Both the position numbers and the translations under genes were made by a program. Below, piece after piece: positions 51,405 through 64,000 of a DNA stretch of 64,000 nucleotides. This DNA comes from Mytilus edulis. Lineage: Eukaryota. Within the stretch, counting starts at the first letter, position 1; each line of letters opens with the position of its first letter. The notes below the pieces were generated by a model that was not told the origin of the DNA, searched no databases, and saw only the letters and a program-made list of their open reading frames with translations. The DNA is taken from assembly GCF_963676685.1 (NCBI RefSeq), contig NC_092353.1:38502001-38566000 (forward strand), written 5' to 3'.

Positions 51405-52986
51405 TATCTATCATAAACAATTGAGTGAAATATATAATAAAATGAAAGTCTTAGGAAATTATTTGTCCCCAACATAAATGATGAAATATTTTTTATAGTT
51501 AGATAAAGGAAATGTAGACTATTTTGTTCCTTTTGACCGCGTGACGCCATTACATACATAAATCAATAATCCAACAAATCTAAAAAATTAAAACAAAACT
51601 TTATAATTTTCATGCACCCAAAGCTGATTTTAGGATTCACATTTATCAGGATCGATCAAAGCTGAATTTTTGAAAACCAAGGATTTAAGAACCGAGACAA
51701 CTGTTGAGCTTTATACCAAAGAAGACATACAAATGAAAGGCAAATGCGTCTAAAATCAACCTCGACTGAGGCAGTTTAAATATTAGTTTCTTGAAAATTT
51801 ATAGTTTAATGAACGGATTGTTTAAAGAAGATTTGATATCAATCATAACAGTGCCGAAGTGCTGACTACTGATCTGGTGATACCCGCGGGGAAGATGTCC
51901 ACCAGCCGTGGTATCAACCGGTGGTGTAAAAACTCAAAACCACATTATTATAAATTTCATTAAATAAGTGGTGAGATTGTCAATTTCAAAATGTTTCTAC
52001 TTAGAGTAGTCTGTTATAATAATATGAGGAATCATAGTTAAAACTATGCCTATGAAGGCAATAGTAGTATACCGCTGCTCAATAATCATAAATAGCTTGG
52101 TTTAATGGCTTGTCAAACTGCCCGCTTATATGACAATGTTAAAAATCTCGCTAAAATGACAACATTACTTGTAATGTACAGTACAAATAAATGCACGAAC
52201 ACTAAGGACAGAGAAATACATAAATACATGAAATCATAGTTCATTTCAACATGTAAGCAACAAATTCACAACGAGCACCTAAAACTAATTTACGACACAA
52301 CACAAATATAGCACCATAAAATGATTAACTTATAAGATTAAATGTATCATTTCCTGTCTTTACAAATGCAACTTTTTATTTACGATAGTTTTATGAGAAA
52401 AACAAAAAATAACAGCATTTATCGATTTGATGTTTATTTTCAACTTTGCAACACAGAATTTACCGAAAGATGCAGTGCAACGCAAAACTTGCCATGTGCG
52501 ATCATCATTCATGAGGAACAGGATCTGCTTACCCCTAAAAAGCCCTTGGTCTTTGGATTCGTGTTACCCAGTTTAGTTTTCTATGCTGTACTTTGTATAC
52601 TGTCTTTTGATCGTTTTTATTTTTTTTTGCCATGACATTGTTTTTGACTTTTTTTTTTTTATATTTTTGCTTTTTGTCAATGTAATAAGATTTAAACAAT
52701 TATCAAACTTGTGCTTTAATAATAGTAAATATGTTGAATTTCTGCCATATCATTTTTATTATCAGCTGAAGCACAAGTCAACACAAATATGAAATAAATA
52801 GCACTATACATCTTGCTTATTTGTCTATTTTGTGCTGCAGCTTGTTTGGTTAGACTGAATTATTTTGCTTACTATTTTGTAAGTACATTTCCAGTGTAGG
52901 CATATACAGGAACCGACTTCTTATTCCATAGATTCAATTTGTTGCAAATAAACTCATCATAGATACCGGGACTAAATTTTGTATAT

Positions 52987-53030
52987 ACGCCAGACGCGCG
53001 TTTCGTCTACAAAAGACTCATCAGTGTCGC
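52987..53030 (-). ncRNA. Minimal type I hammerhead ribozyme (intact core)
   Basis: GCGACA CUGAUGA GUCU-UUUGU-AGAC GAA ACGCGCGU C UGGCGU; GUC cleavage triplet. Confidence 0.85.
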
Positions 53031-53350
53031 TCGAATCCAAAAAAGTTAAAAAGGCCAAATAAAGTATGAAGTTGAAGAGCATTATGGACCAAAATTCCTA
53101 AAAGTTTTGCCAAATTCAGCTATGGTAATCTATGCCTGAGGTAGAAAAGCCTTAGTATTTCAAAAATTCAATATTTTGTAAACAGTTAATTCATAAATGT
53201 AACCATATCAATGATAATTCATGTCAGCACAAAAAGTGCTGACTACTGGGCTGGTGATACCCTCGGGGAAATAAATCTCCACCAGCAGTGGCATCGACCC
53301 AGTGGTTGTAAATAAACTCATCATAGATACCGGGACTTAATTTTGTAGAT

Positions 53351-53394
53351 ACGCCAGACGCGCGTTTCGTCTACAAAAGACTCACCAGTGACGC
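53351..53394 (-). ncRNA. Minimal type I hammerhead ribozyme (core variant CUGGUGA)
   Basis: GCGUCA CUGGUGA GUCU-UUUGU-AGAC GAA ACGCGCGU C UGGCGU. Confidence 0.75.
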
Positions 53395-55634
53395 TCGAAT
53401 CCAAAAAAGTTAAAAAGGCCAAATAAAGTATGAAGTTGAAGAGCATTGAGGACCAAAATTTCTAAAAGATTACTATTGTTAAGTTAAATATAACAAAACG
53501 AAAATACAAAAGATATGTACAAATATGAAGAAATGCATTTAAATATTAAGGTTCTATATTGTCAACTTATATTATCACAGATTATCTATCTTAAAAGCGT
53601 AAATTGCGGACCCATGGTTTCCTGAAAATATATATATGGCTGCTATGAAATATCTCCTTATTAAATGCAGGGTTCTTGATGAATGTATCATTTAAGTATT
53701 AATTTATATCATTTTATCAACTTACAGCTGATATCAAACGTTGCATTTGTTGTGTTATGACTGATTGTAGCCACAATTGCATTGCTATGGTTCTGTAAGA
53801 TAAGATTTATAAGAGTTTGATTCCAAATTATTTTCGATTGAATTGCCTGGTTTTTTTTATATATATATTGGCATAGGTCTCTTAAAACAAAAAATCTGGA
53901 GTTGTTTCTTTATATATGTAATTAAGAAGTTCTACTACTTCAAAAGAGATGGGTCTATTTTTATATTGAAAACTTTTGTTTCTAGATATCAATATTCACA
54001 TCTTTTAGATTATGAACAATTATTCAATTATGTTTATGGCGCATTAAATTTGTCTTTTTAATGTTTTTATTTGATCTCCTCTGCTTATGCGATTTTTTAG
54101 TTGCTTTTTTGTTTTCTTAATTACTAGACAATCATGATGACAAATATAAAGGCAACAGTAGTATACCGCTGCTCAAAAGTCATAAATCGATTTAGAGAAA
54201 TAAAATCTGGGTTACAAACTAAACCAGATGAAAACGTACGTGTATAAGAAAACTCTTTGGGAAAAAAGTCCCGTTTGAATGGTTTTACATTACTAATTTT
54301 TTGGGCCTTTCATAGCTTGCTGTTCGGTGTGAGCCAAGGCTCCGTGTTGAAGGCCGTACCTTGACTTATAATGGTTTACTTTATAAATTGTTATGTGGAT
54401 GGAGAATTGTATCATTGGCACGCATACCACATCTTTCTATATCTACATACAGAAATTTAAAAGAAGAATGTATAAAAATGTGTGTGATATTTTTGTTTCT
54501 ACTCTTGGAAATACTTATAACGAAACACAGTATTCATCAATTCATCATTTTAGAAAGTTGTTATCTTTTTTTCACAACAACAAAAAAAGGAAAATGTAAA
54601 AAATAACTGTTAATAACATATTAAAAGGTGGTTTTAATAGTACAGGGAGATAACTCTGTATAAATCAGATAAAGGTTTTAATCACGTTGTATTGTTAAGG
54701 AAATATTAAGCTTCAATTAGTCAATCTGTTACACATCCAATGATTTTTTTCCGAGAAAGTGTGTCGTTCAAGGTTTTTTTCTTTTTTTTTATATTTTTGT
54801 CAAAGGGTCAAAGTTAATATTTTGTCAAGTTTTATGAAAATCAAACGCGCAAATTTATTTTAGGTGTTTGGTACCAACTGAATACACAGTTTTTAAAACT
54901 ACTGATTCCGTTGTCTCTATGGGGAATCAATGGCAAATGGTGGTTTGAATATTATAATTTGGTGCTTTATATATTTCATATTACTTGATCGACTTACCAG
55001 TATTACAATTTCGGAAGGGTCAGATTTGAGGTGAAATAACTCTTTCATATTGCCGTCAAAAATATCATATTGCGAGTACAAATCAAACCCCCTATGTAAA
55101 AATAAACAGAAAAACATAAACAATTTTTTTTAAAAGTCAATCGAAAATATTGAAAGAATGATAAAATAAATAATAAAAAGACGCAACAATAAAAAGATTA
55201 ATGTCCATAATTTTCATAAAAAAGAATTAGGAAAACAAATTATAATTAGAACAGAGTTATTAAGGACGATGCTTGCTACATGCACTATCACTAGCATACG
55301 ATTAGATTTTGCTTCTCTTGTTATTTTAATGCCACATATTGAATAAAATAAAGGGTAAATTGGTCTTGATCCCAATTGAGTGTTAGATATAAAATAAGAA
55401 GATGTGTTATGATTGTCAACGAGACAAGTCAACATCAGAGACAAATGACATAGAAATAAATAACTATAGATCACCGCATGGCCTTAAATAATAAACAAAG
55501 CCTATACCGCATAGTCAGATGTAATAGACACCAAAATATAATATATAAATCCATTCAATCGAGAAAAAAAACTATAACAATAACAGAAACAAATGATAAT
55601 TTCAAGTTATAACATTAACGGTACCAATTTTCCT

Positions 55635-55678
55635 GCACCAGATGCGCATTTCGACAATACATGTCTCTTCAGAGATGC
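55635..55678 (-). ncRNA. Minimal type I hammerhead ribozyme, second family
   Basis: GCAUCU CUGAAGA GACA-UGUAU-UGUC GAA AUGCGCAU C UGGUGC. Confidence 0.75.
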
Positions 55679-56654
55679 TCGTGGCCAAAATATTTGCAAT
55701 TACCTTCTCCTCACACTCCCCAACTGAAACCCAGCCGGACTAAAAACTGTCAGAATATCGCTAAAACAATTTTGACTTTCACGTTCCCCGTCAATCAGAA
55801 GCATTCCATTACCAGCTTTTAAACACATACATTTATCTGTTGTCAGTGAATAGTTACCTGAAACAAAGTACCGATAAATATCATGTCTGGTCAATACTAT
55901 ATTAGGAAAATACCAATATTAGTTGCAAACTAATTTGGATAAATAATTGATGTATCATACGCGTATAGTACGCTCAAATCATGTATATGACAGTTGTTTG
56001 AGATCCAGCAGCCAAAATGATGAAAATGTATTCATTTTCTGCCTTTTGAAATAACTGTTTAATTGATTTTCGATTGACAAATTGATAAAATAAAAAACCA
56101 AAAAAAATGGGTATGAGTGCCAGTGAGACAACTCTTAATCAAAGTCACAATTTATAAAAATAAACCATTAAAGTTCAAAGTACGCCCTTCAACACGGAGC
56201 ATTAACTCACACCGAACGGCCAGCTATAAAGGGCTCTAAAAATTACCAGTGCAAAACCATTCAAATACGAAAACCAACGGTCTAATTTATATAAAAAAAA
56301 ACGAGAACGAAAAACATGTATGAACCATACCATGGTTCTAAATAAATGAGAAATCGTATCAAATTATAAAATTCATTAAAATTGTAATTTTAAATTAGTA
56401 ACATTCTAAATGTACAAAGAAAATAAAAAAAAGATACCCCAAACAAATTTATGGCGTGATTTTGTTCATATCATTGATATACGTCTATTAGTGTAGATTT
56501 ATTTTAGAATATTCCTTAAAAACTTCGATTTTTGGTGTCAAAAAAGAAATGTAATAATCGCTCTTTATTTTCTCATAGATATTAAGATAAGTAAGATATA
56601 AAATTAAAAAAAAGTCGACTTAGTCAAGTAAAAAGATCACCTATTAACAATCAT

Positions 56655-56938
56655 AGATATAGGAAGATGTGGTGTGAGTGCCAATGAGACAACTCTCCAT
56701 ACAAATAACAATTTAAAAAGTAAACCATTATAGGTTAAAGTACGGCCTTCAACACGGAGCCTTAGCTCACACCGAACAACAAGCTATAAAGGGCCCCAAA
56801 ATTACTAGTGTAAAACCATTCAAACGGGAAAACCAACGGTCTAATCTATATTAACAAAACGAGAAACGAGAAACACGTATATATTACATAAACAAACGAC
56901 AACTACTGTACATCAGATTCCTGACTTAGGACAGGTGC
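56655..56938. repeat. Abundant ~300-bp dispersed repeat, near-intact copy (others ~507-730, 3630-3730, 8465-8750, 54270-54445, 55395-55600, 56110-56330, 63070-63205, 63815-64000)
   Basis: Shared AAGATGTGGT...GCCAATGAGACAACTCTCCA...GGCCTTCAAC...GCTATAAAGGGCCCC...GGACAGGTGC. Confidence 0.8.
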
Positions 56939-58467
56939 TGGTGTGCTGTTATATTTATTACAACTGTGTTGATTTGCTTTACATAACTACACACACATGA
57001 CTATGACTTACTGTGTTCAGTTTCTGTAACAACGATTTCCTCTTTTTCATTTGTACTATCGTATTCTATTGTGTAAATTCCTAGAAAAAGTGGAATGTAT
57101 TATCTTATTTAAAATACTAGTATACCACTGGTAAATATTAATTAAAAATTAAACAAGTGACGCTTTAAATTTAATGAAAGGAATGACGGTTAAACTATGG
57201 TTCTGAATGAATTAAGTTCGTTTAGTTTTTAACCCGGATTTGTGTTTTCTTTCAATCGATTTATGACTCTTGAACACCGGTATACTACTTTCACTTTTGT
57301 CTTTATTTGTTATTAACAGGTTGAATTTAGATCCTTGTTATATGTATTTCTTTGAAAATATCAACAACACGTATTATAGCTTGATTATGTTTTGATTTAC
57401 ATAATCAACAATCCTCTAAATATACTGCCGAAATTTTTATGCTAATGAACCTTAAATTTATATAATTAAAACTGGAATAACTTTTCATATTAGGTTTTAT
57501 ATTTTTTCAAGAGAAGCTCATAATAAAGTCTACGACAAAACAGACTATAATCAGACGCCTATTGGTGTCGTGCTTTTTGTCTGGAATGAGATGCTTTTTG
57601 TATTATTATTATATCTTCCCAAGTGACAACGTTTTTGATTTTCTTGATAAACGATATCTTTATACTACCGTTTAATTGATTATGTTAGGACTTTAGTCAG
57701 CACATATAACTAAAATTAAGAAGAGAGTTGTATCTGAAATCGATATCAAGAAAACTTACACATGCAAAGGGACATTTTATAATAGGACAGGGACCGTTTG
57801 CGTCGAACATATAAGCGACTAAAGATAAGAATACATCACCTGCAATAATATTCAGTCAAATGTTACAACTGTCTCACTGACATATATATTTAGCTTAATT
57901 GTATGAAATTGTTAACAGTTTTATATGCGTTAATAGCGCTGTTATTGATATGTTTTCTAGATGGAAGCAGCAAGGATCTCGCTCCCTTAAATTTTGTGTT
58001 TTTTTACTGAATTTTATCGTTTCTATTTCAAATTCGGTAAACTACTGCCTCTACATGCTAAAACCATTAGTAAAAAAAATAAATAAATGACATACCTTGA
58101 ATTTGACTATGTTCTGAGGCTACTGCAAATAAGATATGATAATAATATATCTTTCAAAAAATCTTTTTTTTTCCAAACACAAATAAAGTTATAAACTTTT
58201 TCCTTTCATAATTCTCTTGAAAAAACATTGTTGCTTACAAGTTATTCACGAAACCAAGAGTGAAGATTGAATCATCTCCTTGACAACTATATGGACGCCA
58301 TCATAAATTAGTTAAACATAATGAAATACCTGTTTCAAACATGAAGACGAATATATTCCAGTTGTAGTTACCATCATTCTGGCATCTTTTCCTCTTAGTT
58401 TTGATGGCGTCTTTGTAAATTCATTAAAAAGTTCGATTGAATATTTTAGTTAGTTTGACTGCTAGAT

Positions 58468-58654
58468 AATAAAATTGTGAATGGAAAAGGGGAATGTGTC
58501 AAAGAGACAACAATCCGACCATAGAGAAGACAACAGCAGAAGGTCGCCAACAGGTCTTAAATGCAGCGAAAAATTCCCGCACCCGGAGGCGTCCTTCAGC
58601 TGGCCCCTAAACAAATATATATACTAGTTCAGTGATAATGAACGCATACTAAAC
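58468..58654 (-). mobile_element. Short retroposed repeat with 12-bp TSD (copies ~59746-59950, 16588-16670, 28330-28410)
   Basis: TSD TGACTGCTAGAT at 58456-58467 and 58655-58666; constant AATAAAATTG.GAATGG end in most copies and a variable other end. Confidence 0.75.
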
Positions 58655-59081
58655 TGACTGCTAGATCCATATTATTGTTAATTTAATTTATAATTAGTTT
58701 TGTTTTGGGTCCACATCCAATTTTGTAATTATAATGAAACTTTAATCATCTGTCATACAAGTGGACGGCTTAGCTAGCTATAACACAAGATTTGACACAC
58801 TGGTTTTTTTTCACACAGAAAAATGCCTGTTCCAAGACGGGTATACCAGACTTGGTTTCCATTTGTTCTGTTGATTGGTAAAGTTTGATTTTATCAGTTT
58901 GTTTAAAGTATGATTATCCTTTAAGCATCTTCCGCCTCGGTTATTCTGTATTATTTATATGATATGTTTCTGACGAATAACTGTGAGTTGCGGTAACTTT
59001 TATGAACGCACTTTAAATTCTCTTTTTTTTGTGGATTTTTCATTGTTTTTCTTCTTCCTCGAAAGAGGGACGAAAGATACC

Positions 59082-59261
59082 AGAGGGACAGTCAAACTCA
59101 TAAATCGAAAAATAAACTGACACCGAAATGGCTAAAAATGAAAAAGACAAACAAAAAAACAATAGTACACATGACACAACATAGAAAACTAAAATATAAG
59201 CAACACGAACCCCACCAAAAACTAGGGGTGATCTCAGGTGTTCCGGAAGGGTAAGCAGATC
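59082..59261 (-). mobile_element. Naiad-type PLE extreme 3' end
   Basis: Reverse complement of ~46540-46738 (AAAGAGGGACGAAAGATACC...GTAAGCAGATC). Confidence 0.85.
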
Positions 59262-59968
59262 AAATTGAGAAAAAAAAATATTATGAAGTGAAAATAGGCA
59301 ATCATAATGATTACTGCTTGTCTCTTTTTAGGAAAATTGTGAATCAAATTTTAAAAGGCCCGGAGCCAGAAATAGCTTACAGTTTTGTTTGATGCTAAAT
59401 TGATTCAACCTTTGGACATGCTGAATTATCTCTGGAGTTTTCTGCAGACTGATAGACATCCCGATTGGTCGTACCAATTAACTGTAACAAAGTAATAAAC
59501 TCATAGCGTATGCAACTTCTTTTTTATATTGAGAGGCATAATGGATGATTTTTTTCACTTATCTTAGAAATACCAAAGAGTTGTTCTGCACTCAAAAATA
59601 AGTAAAAACCCTATTTTCATTTGCTTAAAAACGAAATAAAAATTAGTTCGCACTGAAATTGGTTAGAAATACTAGTTGCAAAAATAGTTACTTAAAAACG
59701 AGAAGTAACTATACTTGACGTGTTTATATCTAGAATATGTTGTTGATAAATTTGAGAATGGAAATGGGGAATGTGTCAAAGAGACAACAACCGACCATAT
59801 AACAGAAGAAGGTCACCAATATGTCTTCAATGCAGCGAGAAATACCCGCACCCGGAGACGTCCTTCAGCTGGCCGCCCATAAATAAATATATGTACTAGT
59901 TCAGTGATAATGCACGCCATACTAAACTCCAAATTATACACAAGACACTAAAGTTATATAAATTGAGA

Positions 59969-60651
59969 ATAATACATGGCAAAATCCGTATCATATGTCG
60001 TATCATCCCGAGACATCAATATTAGCCCAAGGGCCTTTAGGCCCGAGGAATGATATTGGTCGAGGGTGATACGGCATGTGATACGGATTTTGCCATGTAT
60101 TATACACTTTATCATATATTTCAACAGAAGAGTATTATATTATATGAACTGTTTTCTGATCCATAGCACTTGGTTACCTTCAGTTCTACTTTTGTCTTGT
60201 TATAAAGGCCTTAAAAGAACTGATCAATTACTTATCCGAAGCACCTGGGTTACCTTACAATTTGCGTGCTGTTGTTTTAAAAATATTTTGTTTATTATTG
60301 TATTAATTTGTGTGTTTTGTATTTTTCATAGTTGCATTTAGTGTGCCAAAAAATATGAAAACTTGACGTTCGTGACGTCACATACAATATGAAAACTCGA
60401 CGTTCGTGACGTCACATACCAAACAATAACGTCATTCAAACAATTTACCTATTTTGCGGAAAATTTTTCTCAAGCAAAAAAAAAAACCAAAACTGACTTT
60501 CTGTAAAAAAAAAAAAAAAAAAAAAGTAGGGGTGTGATAAAGGGTATGTGATAAAGGGTGCGCATCAAAGTTGCGCGATATGGATTAAACAGCAGGCTAT
60601 TTATCACATATGCAAAACTACTGTATTTACTACTAAACATATGATAAATAG
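59969..60651. mobile_element. Hairpin-headed dispersed element (possibly Crypton-type, non-autonomous)
   Basis: 135-bp near-perfect palindrome at 59969-60103; terminal CTATTTATCA...TGATAAATAG inverted repeat. Confidence 0.6.
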
Positions 60652-62269
60652 TATGAACCTTCCGTCTTGATAGTTTCAACTTGATCGAATGACTGATTGA
60701 TGGTCGACTAACTTCCAAATTCAGTTTGAGTAACATATACTCTTTATAACATTAAATGGGTCAAACTTTATCATCTGATGTGTTAGAATTGGCACTTTTG
60801 TTGTGCTGAATTTGAGGAAGGTTGGGATTTTCTTTGTTAAAACTGATTGTTTAGATCTATGGTAATTTGGTTTTATAGTGCATGTGTATACTTGACACTA
60901 CAGTCTAATTTTCAATCTATGATTATCTATAAATATATTTTAACGTTAACACTTTGCGTCGTGCTTTCTTTGTTTCTAATGTTGCTATCAGCATTTTTAT
61001 ATTTCATTTTCTTTTTCACCAATTGAATTGTAGAATGATTATAAAAATCATTTTATTTGAATTTTTATTAGGCAGACATTTGTAAATATTCGACATGCCA
61101 TTACTTACCTTTATTTAGTGTCTTCTTTCTCATGTATTAATATAAAAAGTAGACCTACCTATTCAACTGTATTTAAACATCCACACATTTGCGTTTGGTG
61201 TCGATATAGCTCTGCTGAAATGTAACAAAAACTTTTCTGTTTTAAACTACTTTTTTAAATGAATAGTTTAGCGGTTTTGAATTACAATTCTGTCAAATCT
61301 AATAAAATGAAATTGATAATTAGTCCTATACACCTTTTTTTTAAACTCGGGAACAATATCCCATGGTAGTACAAACATATGAATTAATATAAAGACCATT
61401 GTCTAGATATTTTAATTATGAATTCAACGAAACCGAAACGACCGAAAGTACAACTACACACGTTAAAAATTATTGTTTATTGTCACAATGGATTATGAAT
61501 GCAGAGCATTTAACTTTAAATTAAATCGTGACACATTGGTGTGTGTGTATGTGTTTTTCTGTATTTATATATAAATAGATCATGAGTTAACTTTTAAATA
61601 ATACATGTACAACATACATTTTTTAAAGAGCAATTCTATGCCCAATATTCGACATCACCATGTACATTGGAATATGAGAATGTTATGCTATGTTACTCTG
61701 TGGTTAATAATACACAAGAGGCTTTTTTTTTTAAATTCAGAACAAAATAACAAAAATACCGATCGCGAATACCAAGAAAAAACTTCGGAAATTTCTTATC
61801 TTAAAGCAAAATCAAAAGCTAAAACACATCAAATGAATAGAAAGCAACCGTCATATTACTGACTTTGGTAAGTGCATTTCCTGATGTAGAAAATGGTGAT
61901 TTTAACTAAGTATATTTTTTAAGAATGCATTAGAGGATTTAGCGTCATAGTTCAAGGATAGTGAATACGTCATTTAGATTATTTGAATTTCATCTTTTTT
62001 GAAAATTGGAAAACTAACTAACTCGAAAACAATTTCATAAACCTCATTTTCCAAAGGTAAAGCACCCCTTCCCCCTCAATATAAAAGATATTAGTGATTA
62101 GAATTTTTTGGGAGTCCTGTCTAATGATAAAAATGATATTGTGAAGTATAGTATACAACTTACCTATTTCCCGAGGGGATGATGACAAAATAAAAAAACA
62201 ATGTTTGACAAAGATTGCAAGCTTAACTGTTACTTAAGTTAACTGTATATCTTGTATACTTTATCTCAA

Positions 62270-62640
62270 GTTCGATGTGATAAATGTGTTTAACATAGTC
62301 AACAAAATGTTGAACCATTTAGCATGTATAGTGATGGAACATAGTCTATGCAGCGGAAAGTAAGTTTAAGGATGAGGGCAAGCATCTATTCTTTCTTCAT
62401 CAGAAGTTCCTGTATGAAGTGAGCCTCAGAAGAATGAAGGAAAAGTCAGCATGAAGAGGGACACAATTTATTCCCATTGGAATGCCGATTGTTTGTTGAC
62501 AAACACGTCCTCCAAACGTTACAAATATGTTGTCACGAAATCAAGCGTCTTGATAATGTCAGTTTCAGATATTTTTTGGGGGGATCAGAGTGATATTTAC
62601 CAAAGTAGATGTATCCCTTCATAAGACAAGATCCTTGTAT
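62270..62640 (-). pseudogene. Decayed Naiad-type PLE RT fragment
   Basis: Minus strand reads DNIFVTFGGRVCQQTIGIPMG, matching the 45780-45843 region. Confidence 0.8.
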
Positions 62641-64000
62641 ATACGTTGGTCATTTTTTTCTCTCAGTTGTCATTTAGTTTGGAATAGCTAATACCTATGT
62701 ATATACTTAAATGTAGAAAAGTCAAAGATTTTGTACACTAAAAGATCTTTGGAATTTTTTCACGCTGCCTATAGAATAGGAAATGTCATATCAACTTTGA
62801 AGCCGATATGTTCATAAGATTCTCTCACTTAAGTGACAGTAATAAAAGATAATTGGGCTTTTTCAAAAACGGTTAAAAGAGTAAAAAATAAATAATTTCC
62901 AAAATTTGTTGAAATAAAATCTTTCAGATATATATAGAGAGGAACAACACTTTTGTTACATAAATATTGGCTGTTTTACGAAACAATACACATGCATCAA
63001 GTACTACTATCACTAATGCATGCAAAAAGATTGAAATGTTCATATTTTTAGCATATATATATAAAGTAGATGTAGCATGATTGCCAATGAGACAACTCTT
63101 CACAAGAGACCAAATGGCACATAAATTAACAACTATAGGATACTGTATGGCCTTCAACAATTAGCAAAGCCCATAATAATTGTCAGCTAAAAAAGGCCCA
63201 AAATGAAACATATGCTTATTTTTGACGATTTATATCTGAAATGGAGTGTCTACACTGGTGTTCAGTCTTAATATTTTAATTTGTGTTATCATTTTATAAT
63301 AATACATAACATATAAGAAGATTGAGCCTGTACATGAATGTGGCTACTTTCAATTTAGACAAGAACCATATGAAAAGTGACGTTTTTGACATATTTGATA
63401 GTGATTTTTTTTTATATATTTCCACACATTTCAACATATCTATCCCTTATCCTTTCTTCATCAGTTAGGAAAGGAATAAAACACATTTAAAAGTTATCAA
63501 AGATACCAGGATTATAATTTAGTAACCTTTGTTACAAAAACAGATACACAGTAAAAATACAATTGCGAATTTTCATAAGATTTGTTTCTTCTCTAATGAC
63601 CTTAAGTACCTTATAGTGAACCAGATGAACACTTTAGCCTCTAGGAAGTCCATAGGTTAAGATTTTTAAAATAGTTATAGCGTAAACAAATATTTTTAGT
63701 ACGCCTTAAGCTTGGATTGTTAAGAACAGTACATAAAATTCTAGAATTTGAATTTAAGAAGTAAAAAAAAATCTTGAAAGTGTCAAGATTTGCTTGTTAA
63801 AACTTCTAACCCCGTTGCATTTGTTTGCACCTGTCTAAACTCAGAAACTGATTGTTCAGTGGTTGTCGTTTGTTCATGTGGTTCAGAAAAGCATTTCCCG
63901 ATTCTCCTGTTTGAATTAATTTACACCTTTGAGGCCCTTTATAGCTTGCTCTTCGGTGTGAACCAAGTCTCCGCGTTGACTGCACATACTTTTTGCACAT

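Larger units (their letters stand above)
52941..53468 (-). mobile_element. Non-LTR retrozyme: ~1.45 tandem copies of a 364-bp unit with hammerhead ribozymes
   Basis: Direct repeat with period 364 (52941 vs 53305); each copy has a type I HHR on the minus strand; decayed relative at ~51600-51930. Confidence 0.85.

Noticed and set aside
53238-53310. HDV-like ribozyme
   Set aside because: The helix order lacks P4 and the J4/2 catalytic C on either strand.
48010-64000. Second host protein-coding gene
   Set aside because: Short ORFs map to repeats or low-complexity AT-rich DNA; no coherent exon chain was found, though small exons could be missed.

Overview
AT-rich animal genomic DNA. The repeat families suggest a bivalve, probably a mytilid mussel (inference). 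Bases ~2.2-35 kb carry the 3' part of an intron-rich, plus-strand receptor-type protein tyrosine phosphatase of the R3 type (Ptp10D/PTPRJ/PTPRB-like). I reconstructed 21 coding exons by hand with consistent splice phases (2690 nt, ~895 aa): five FN3 repeats, a TM helix, one intact PTP domain ([21 protein letters not shown]) and a C-terminal YENT...QTEL tail. The start of the gene lies upstream of the window. The introns and the 41-64 kb region are full of mobile DNA: Harbinger, Kolobok-like and Tc1-like MITEs, Helentron-derived HINEs with internal satellite arrays, SINEs, a decayed APE-RT LINE with nested insertions, Naiad-type Penelope-like RT copies, and a hammerhead-ribozyme retrozyme. The most notable observations are three. 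(1) The exon/intron junction that splits the catalytic HCSAG motif has been amplified into a ~13-copy, 57-bp minisatellite of decoy 5' splice sites. (2) A 364-bp tandem unit carries two minimal type I hammerhead ribozymes, and a third covarying hammerhead lies nearby. (3) There is a three-level LINE>Harbinger>Penelope nest. Most ORF-track entries are spurious.
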